A DNA stretch of 32,000 nt from Candidatus Electronema halotolerans (GTDB lineage Bacteria; Desulfobacterota; Desulfobulbia; Desulfobulbales; Desulfobulbaceae), in contig OW818675.1 of the NCBI GenBank assembly GCA_942493095.1, positions 1,380,001-1,412,000 on the forward strand, read 5' to 3'. Of the stretch, positions 22,401 to 31,400 are shown in pieces (the first letter of the stretch is position 1; each line of letters starts with the position of its first letter). Made by a program: the position numbers and the translations under genes. The notes beneath the pieces are model-generated. The model had not been told where the DNA came from. It saw only the letters and a program-made list of their open reading frames with translations, and did not search any database.

Positions 22401-25400
22401 CAGCTTGACCTGATGATCAATCCGGCCCAGATATTCAAGATTGCCGTCCGGCAGCCAGCGGGCCAAGTCGCCGCTGCGATAAATGCGCTCCGTCCTGCCG
22501 AACAGCTCAATTTCAATAAATTTCTCCACTGTCAGCTCCGGGCGGTTCAAATAGCCCCGCGCCAGACCGGCTCCGGCAATGCACAGCTCGCCTGGCAGGC
22601 CCGGCGGAACGAGCTGCATCTGCGCATCAAGCAGATAGATGCGATAACCCGGCAATGGCTTGCCTATCGGCATTCTCCGGGCAGGTTCATCCGCCTGCGC
22701 AAAGCAATGCACAGCAGCGCAGACTGTGGCCTCGGTCGGGCCGTAGCCGTTGAGAATATGCAGGGCAGGCGCAAGATTGCGGTATCGCTGCATCAGTCCT
22801 TGGCTGATTGGCTCCACGCCCACCAGCAGCCGCTGCCAGTCAAGGGCGGCAGTGCGCTGCTCCAGCTCATTTGCCAGCGGCTCCAGCAAGGCCGGGGGCA
22901 GATACATGCTGTTGATCTGTTGCGCAAGCAGGTGCTCGGCAAGTTCAGCCGGGCTGATGTCTGATTGCAGGTCAAGCAGATGCAGGCTGCCGCCGAAGCA
23001 GAGATGCGTGAATATCTCCCATACGGAAACATCAAAAGAAAATGCGCCAACGGTCATACCGTGCAGCGGCTGGCGGGCCGGGGCAAGCTGCTCAAAGCCG
23101 TGCAGCAGCATCGTCACGCTGCCCTGCTCGATCATCACGCCCTTGGGTTTTCCTGTTGAACCGGAGGTGTAAATGACATAAGCGAGATTCTCCGGCTTGC
23201 TCCTGCGCGGCGGATTGCTGTCAGGCTGATTCTCAAACAGAAATGGTTCATCCAAGTCAAGGCGGGTTCCGGCAAAATCCGGCAATCGCTCATGCAGATG
23301 CGTCTGGGTGAGGAGAATCTGCGCGCCGCAGTCCTCAACCATGAAACGCAGCCGTTCTTCTGGATAACTCGGATCTAAAGGCACATAAGCCCCACCCGCT
23401 TTGAGAATGCCGAGCAGGCCGATGATCATTTGCGGCGAGCGTTCAGCGCAGATGCCGACTAATGTCTCCGCCCGCACTCCGCGTTCCATCAGGGCATGAG
23501 CGACTTGATTGACTTTTTTGTTAAGCTGCTGATAGGTGATCCGCTCGTCTGCAAACACAACAGCAATATTTTCCGGGGTCTTTTCAACCTGCTCCTCGAA
23601 CAGATCAGACAGTGTCTTATCCTTCTGATATTCCGCCGCCGTGTCGTTCCATTCGATGAGCTGCCGCTTCTCCTCCTTCGTGAGCAGGGGCAGACGGGCG
23701 AGCTGTTCCTGCGGAGCAGCGAAAATGCCTTGCAGCAGCACCTGCAAGTGTCCGCTCATCCGGGCAATGGTCTCAGGCCGGAACAGGTCGGTGCTGTATT
23801 CCCAGTCGCAGGCAAAACAGCCTTCCCGCTCCTCAATGCTCAGGGTCAGATCAAACTTGGAGGTTCTGTTTTCCGTTTCCAAAACAGTCGCCTGCAAATC
23901 ATCCAGCGCCAGTTTGTGCTCCGGCGCATTCTGAACCACAAACATGACTTGGAAGAGCGGGGCATGACTCAGGCTGCGGCTGGGATTGAGCTGCTCCACC
24001 AAATATTCAAAGGGAATATCCTGATGGTTGTACGCTTCCAGTGCGGTTTGCTTCACCTGCCGGAGTAGCTGGGGAAAGGTCTCCTGCTCGTCAACAACTG
24101 TGCGCAGGACAAGGGTGTTGACAAAAAAGCCGATCAGATTTTCCGTGGCATGATGGGTGCGGTTGGCAATCGGGCTGCCGACCAGCAGGTCGCTCTGGCC
24201 GCTACAGCGGAAGAGAAGGACTTTGAAGGCGGCCAGCAGGGTCATGAACACCGTTGCGCCCTGCTCCTGACTGAACTGCTTGATGCGCCGGGTCAGCTCC
24301 CGGTCCAAGCTGCTTTTCAGATGGCCGCCCTGATAGCTCGTCACAGCGGGCCGGGGATAATCTGTGGGCAGCTCCAGCAATTCCGGGGCAGCAGCAAGTT
24401 TTTCCCGCCAGTAGGCAAGCTGCTGTTCCAGCACCTTGCCTTGCAGCCATGTTCTCTGCCAAGCTGCATAGTCCGTGTATTGAATGGGCAAGTCCGGCAG
24501 CACCGGCTGCCGGTTCCGGGCAAAGGCGGTGTACAGCTCGCTCCAGTCGCGGATCAGAATGCCGATGGTCCACGCATCACTGATGATATGGTGCATGTTG
24601 AGCAGCAGGATATGCTCTTCCGCATGCAGCTTGAGAAGATGCAGCCGCAGCAGCGGCCCGGTGCTCAGATTGAAAGGTTCCTTGGCATGGGCGGCAATCC
24701 ACTCTTTGCGCAAACGATTCTGCTCTGCTGCGGACAACTTGCTGATATCTTGGATTTCCAAGGGGTCATAGGCCGGAAGCCGCAGCACCGCTGCTTGGTC
24801 ATTGCTGATCGGAAACGACAGGCGCAGGCTCTCGTGCCGCTCAATTAAGGCGGCAAATGCTTGGCGCAGGGCGGTCTCGTTCAATTTGCCCGCCAGATGG
24901 AGCACGCCGGGCAGGTTGTAGGTTGCGCTCTCTCCCTCCAACTGGGCAAGGAAATGCAGCCGCTGCTGACCAAAGGACATGGCTAAAGGCGCGTCTGCGG
25001 CCTGCGGCAGAATGGGCGGCAACGCAGCGGCATCCTGTCCCTGCTGCGCTTCCAGCCTTATGGCAAGGTCTTCCAGGACAGGATGCTGAAAGAGGATATC
25101 CAAGGGAATATCTGCGGCAAAGACCTCCCGCAGGCGGGACAGCACCTGCGCGCCCAGCAGGGAATTGCCGCCTAACTTGAAGAAATCATCAAAAACGCCA
25201 ATCGGTTCAATCCCCAGAAGCAGCTGCCATATTTCGGCGATTTTCTGCTCTGTTGCAGTGCGGGGGGCAAGATAGTCAACATCGCTGTCCGGGCGGTTAT
25301 AGGTTGCAGCCGTGCGGGCATCTGCAAGCGAAGCCGCTCTCTCTGAGGAGACTTGTTCCGTTCCGCTGGCAGATGATTCATAATGCTGCCGCGCAACCGG

Positions 25401-28400
25401 CTCAATCCAATATCGCTGCCGTTCAAAAGGATAAGTCGGCGCAGGAATGCGCAGACGTTGCTCGTCCGTATAAAAAGTAGTCCAGTCAATCGGCACATTT
25501 TTCAGCCACAACTGGCCGAGGGTGTTGAGCAGCCAGTCAAGATCATCCCGATTTGAGCTTGCGCTGCGCAGGATATTCAAGGCGGTCAGATTTTTGTGCA
25601 GCGGGCGGTGCTGCTGGGCGAAACTGGTCAGCACCATGTCAGGCCCCAGTTCCAGCAGGATATCCGCGTCCTCGGCTAACAGAGTTTGCAGCCCTTGGGA
25701 GAACTGGACAGGATTGAGCAGGTGCTCGCACCAGTAGTCGGCAGAAAGCACCTGCTCCGCTGTAATCCATGCGCCGGTGAGGTTGGAAACATAAGGCCGC
25801 TGCGGCGGGTGGCGGACAATTTTTTCCAGCTCTGCCCGGAATTGCGGCAGCATCGGTGCCATCATGGGCGAGTGGGCCGCGTTCAGGGTCTGCAAGCGGC
25901 TGTGCATGATTCTCCGGCTGGTCAGCTCGTTGCTGAACCTGCTGACCGCTGCTGCCGAGCCGGAGACCGTGGTCAGATTGGGAGCATTCTGCGCGGCAAT
26001 GAACACATCATCCGGGAGCAGCGGCCTGACTTCATCAGCAGGCAGGAGAATGCCGAGCATTTCTCCGGCAGGCACACTCTGCATCAGCCTGCCCCGCACG
26101 GCAACCAAGCGCAGCGCGTCCGGCAGCGAGAAGACTCCGGCTATGCAGGCGGCCACATATTCGCCGATGCTGTGGCCGATCATGGCGGCTGGCCGGAGAC
26201 CCCAGGCCATGCAGAGCTGGGCCAGCGCATATTCGATGACAAAGAGGGCGGGCTGGGCCGCCTGCGAGCCTTTCAAATCCGGCTGTTCAGTCCCGGACGG
26301 ATAGATCAGCTCCCGAATATCAAGATGCAACTGCGGCAGCAGCAGTTCCGCGCATTCATCAACCACAGCCCGGAACTTCGCCTCCTGCTGATACAGCCCC
26401 AAGGCCATGTTGACATGCTGCGAGCCTTGGCCGGGAAACATGAACACTGCCTGCGCAGGCTGCTCCGAGGTGCGGCTCCGGTGCCATTGCTTGCACTTGT
26501 CCTGGCCGAGCTGTTCGGCAAGCTCGCGGCAATCGCGGCCAACAATAAATCCCCGATGGGCAAAGGCACTGCGGCCTGCATGAAGGGTATAGGCAAGATC
26601 AGCCAGTTCAAACTCGGTCTGATTATGCAGAAATTCAGCCAGATCGATGCGGTACTGCCGTAGGGCGTTTTCTGTTTTGGCGGACAGGCAGAGCAGGTGC
26701 AACGGTCTTGAGGCAGAGGATTGCTGCGGCGGAGCTTCCTCCAGCACGACATGGGCGTTGGTGCCACCTATGCCGAAAGAGCTGACTCCGGCCCGCCGTG
26801 GTTCGACAGCTTCCCATGCTCTGAGTTCGGTGTTGACAAAGAACGGACTGTCGGCAAAATCAATCTGCGGATTGGGGGTCTTGAAATGGAGGCTGGGCGG
26901 AATCTCCCGGTGCTGCAAGGCCAGCACAGTCTTGATCAGGCCGGTCACGCCTGCGGCGGTGTCCAAATGCCCGACATTGGTCTTGACCGATCCCAGAGCG
27001 CAATACCCCGTCTTGCTGGTCTGCGCCTGATAGGCTTGCTTCAACGCGCTGATTTCAATCGGATCGCCAAGGATGGTGGCTGTGCCGTGCGCTTCAAGAC
27101 AGCTGATGGATTCATAGTCCAGCCCCTGCATGGCCGCGCTGATCACCTGCGCCTGGCCTTCGACACTGGGAGCGGTGAAGCCGATTCTCCCCTGCCCGTC
27201 ATTGTTGATGGCCGAGCCTTTGATGACCGCATGAACCGTGTCGCCGTCTTGCAGCGCGTGACTGAGGCGTTTCAAAACTACTGCCGCCACTCCGGCCCCG
27301 CCGACCGAACCTTGAGCCTCGGCATCAAAGGCGCGGCAATGGCCGTCTGGCGAGAGAATCATGCCCTCCTGATAGAGATAGCCCTGCTTCTGCGGGAAAA
27401 ACACCGTCACGCCGCCAGCCAGGGCCATCCGGCATTCATTGCGGAGCAGGCTCTGCCGGGCCAGATGGACCGCCACCAAGGAGGTGGAGCAGGCTGTGTG
27501 AACGCTCAAGACCGGGCCGCGCAGGTCCAGCTTATAGGCGGCGCGGGCGGCAAGAAAATCCTTGTCCCCGCCCATGAGTACCTGCTGCCGACCGACCAAG
27601 GCCAGCAGCTCCTGGTTGGGCAGGAGATTGTTGAGAAAATAGGTGCTGGTTCCTGCCCCGGCAAAGATGCCGACCGGAAAGGGCATCCTGCTCACGTCAT
27701 AACCGGTATGTTCAACTGCTGTCCAAGCGGTCTCCAAAAACAGCCGCTGCTGCGGATCGAGCAACTCCGCTTCCTTGGGCGGATAGCCAAAGAATGGCGC
27801 ATCAAAATACTCAGCCTGATCAAGCACGCCGCCAGCTCTGACATAATCAGGGCGGTTGAAGAGTGCAGGTGCAACGCCGCTGGCCAGCAGCTCCTCATCG
27901 GAAAAAAAGCTGACCGACTCCACGCCGTTGCGCAGATTCTCCCAAAATTCATCAATATTTTTTGCACCGGGAAAACGTCCTGCCATGCCGATGACAGCAA
28001 CATCCTCATCGCTGGAAGGTTGTGCTGCGACTTGTATTTTGTTTGATTTCTCCGCTTCTTCCGCTTCTTTCGCATCATTCTGCGTCAGGTGGGCAGCCAG
28101 ACTGTGAATGGTCGGATATTGAAAGAGCGTCACCACTGGCAAGGACAGCTGCAACATCTTTTGTAGCTGACTCTGCACTTGGAGCAGGAGCAGGGAATGG
28201 CCGCCCAGATCAAAGAAATTCTCATGGATGCCGACCTGCTCGATTTTGAGCACCTGCTGCCAGACCGTTGCAATGTGCTGCTCCATGACCGTCTGAGGCT
28301 TGGTCAGGCTGGTTGCGGCTTGCTGCTCAGGCTCCGGCAGGGCGCGGCGGTCGAGCTTGCCGTTCGGAGTCTGGGGCAGCGTATCCAGCACCATGCAATG

Positions 28401-31400
28401 CGTGGGCACCATCTGCTCTGGCAGGCGGGTGCGCAGCCACTCCTTGACTTCAGCCGAAAAAAGTGTCTGCTGGGGCAGCAGGGTCAGATAGGCGGCCAAG
28501 GAGGCGGAGCCGTCAGACTCATGTAGGATCACGGCTGCTTCCTTGATCGCCTCATGCTGGAGGAGCATGGCCTCAATCTCGCCCAGCTCGATGCGGAAGC
28601 CGCGCAGCTTGACCTGATGATCGAGCCGTCCGAGATATTCGAGATTGCCATCCGGCAGCCAGCGGGCCAAGTCGCCGGTGCGGTAGATGCGTTCCGTTCT
28701 GCCGAACAGCTCAATTTCGACAAATTTCTCCGCTGTCAGCTCAGGCCGGTGCAGATAGCCCCGCGCCAGCCGTGGCCCGGCAAGGCAGAGTTCACCCGGC
28801 AGGCCCGGCGGCACCGGACGCAGCTGCGTGTCTAAAAGATATATTTTGGTGTTGGCAATCGGGCAGCCTATCGGCACAACCTTGCCCCTGCCGGTCTCCT
28901 CAAGCTGCGTGGTGATTTCAAACAAGCTGCTGGAAACCGTTGCTTCGGTCGGGCCGTAAGCATTGAGAATGGTTGTTTTATCAGACAGGAAACTTCGGCT
29001 CTGGCGGGCCAGCTCAAAGGAAAGGGCTTCTCCGCCGAGAATGAGCAGACGCAGGCTGGCAAGATGGGCGGGATTGGCCTGCCGCAGAAACTGCTGCCAA
29101 TAGGGCGGCGGCAGATCAGCGACCGTGACTTTTTCTGTGGCAATAAGGCGTTGTAGCTCTTCTCCTTGGAGCAGATTGCTGCGCAGGCCGATCAGCCGTG
29201 CGCCGCCGCAGAGGGTGGTGAAAATCTGCTCAACCGACGGATCAAAGTTGAGCGAGGTGAATTGGAGCACCCGGTCGTCCGCGTGCATGGCATAACGGAC
29301 AAGCGAGGCACTCAGATGCTGACTGAGGGCCGCATGGTCAATCAGCACACCTTTTGGTTTGCCCGTGGAGCCGGAGGTGTAGATGATGTATGCGAGATGC
29401 TCCGGCCCGCTCTGCCGGGGCGGATTTTCCTCCGACTGTCCGGCAACGGCTGCCGGATCATCCAAGCGCGCTGTCTGGCCGGAAAAATTCGGCAGCCGTT
29501 GCAGCAGACCGCTCTGAGTCACGAGCACCTTCAGGCCGGAATCCTTAATCATGAAATGCAGCCGCTCCTGCGGATACTCAGGATCAAGCGGCACGCAGGC
29601 CCCGCCCGCCTTGAGAATGCCGAGGAAAGCGGCAATCATTTCCGGCGACCGCTCGACACAGAGGCCGACCAAGGTTTCCGGCCCGACTCCGAGCTGCATC
29701 AGATGATGGGCCAGCTGATTGGCCCGACAGTTCAGCTCATTATAAGTGAGCTGCTGATCAGCAAAGACAACGGCAATATTTTCCGGTGTGTTCGCGACCT
29801 GCGTCTCAAAGAAATCAACCACGGTTTTATCTGCCGGGAAATCCGTTTCTGTCCGGTTCCATTCGGTCAATTGCTGGAGATCCGCTGCTGTCAGGAGGGA
29901 CAGATCGGCAATCGGCTGTTCCGGGGCGGCAAGAATGCCCTCCAGGAGCACCTGAAAACGCGCCGCCATCTGGGCAATAGTTTCAGGCCGGAACAGGTCG
30001 GTGCGGTATTCCCAGTCGCAGACCAGGCCGCCGTCCTGCTCTGTCATGCTCAACGAGAGATCAGACTTGGCGATTTTGTAATCCGGCTTGAGCAGGGTCA
30101 GTTTCGCCCCGCCCAGCACCAGCTCTTCCTGCGGCGTGTTCTGAAGGGAGAACATGACCTGAAAAAGCGGCGCATGACTCATGCTTCGGGCCGGATTGAG
30201 CTGCTCCACCAAATAATCAAAAGGAATATCCTGATGGTCGTAGGCTTCAAGCGCGGTCCGGCGCACCTGCCGCAGGAGATCAAGGAAGCTCTGCCTGCCG
30301 TCAATCCGGCTGCGGAGGACCAAGCTGTTGACAAAAAAGCCGATCAGCCCTTCGGTCTGGGAATGGGTGCGGTTGGCAATGGGGCTGCCCACAGCCAGAT
30401 CATCCTGACCGCTCCAGCGGTGCAGCAGGATATTAAAGGCGGCCAGCAGGGTAATGAAGAGCGTTGCCCCCTGCTCGCGGCTGATCTGCTTGATTTTTCC
30501 GGTCAGCTCCTGATGCAAGCTGCTGCGCAGATGTCGGCCCTCGGTGCCCATGACCGGCGGACGCGGAAAATCTGTAGGCAGTTCGAGCAGCTCCGGCAGC
30601 CCGACGAGCTGATTGCGCCAATAGGTGAGCTGGTCTGACAAAATGCCCTGCTCCAGCCATTGCCGCTGCCAGGCCGCATAGTCGCTGTACTGAATCGGCA
30701 GTTCCGGCAGTTCCGGCTCCTGGCCCGCTGCCAAGGCATTATAAATCTCCTTCCACTCCCGGATCAGCACCCCGACCGACCAGCCGTCGCTGATGATGTG
30801 GTGCATGTTGAAAAGGAGCATCTGCCGCCCGTTGCTCAGATTCAGCAGATGCAAATCCAGCAGCGGGCCGCTGCTCAGGTCAAAATTCAGCCGGGCATGT
30901 TCGCTGATGAGTTCATGAATCCGCCTGTCCTGTTCCGACTCAGGCAATGTGCTGAGATCGCTGACATGGAGCGGATTATACGCCTCGAATACGCGGGCGG
31001 TCGCTTGGCCGTCAAGGTTCGGAAAGCAGGTGCGCAGGTTCTCGTGCCGCTCAATCAGGGCAAGCAAGGAGGCGGCGAGCAGTTTTTCGTCCAGCCGCCC
31101 TTTGCAGTCAAAGACGGCGGGAATGTTATATACAGCCTCCTCCTCCTCCAACTGCTCCAGAAAAAGCAGCCGCTGCTGGGCAAAGGATATCGGAGCTGTT
31201 TCTTCTTTGGCAAGACGGAGAATGGGCTGCTCAAACAGGGTCTTGCGCCGGAGAAAATTGAGAATTTCTTCTTTGCGCTCAGTCAGCTCGGTGCGCAGTT
31301 GCTCATTCAGAGTGCCTTTTGGAGCCTTGAAACGCAACCGCCCGTTTTCAGACCAGATTTCTATGTGGAGCCGCTTCAGGTCAACAAGAAAATCTTCCAG

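Noticed and set aside
26721-28046. 441-aa plus-strand ORF opposite the KS/AT region
   Set aside because: Shadow ORF; the minus strand carries complete KS and AT motifs.
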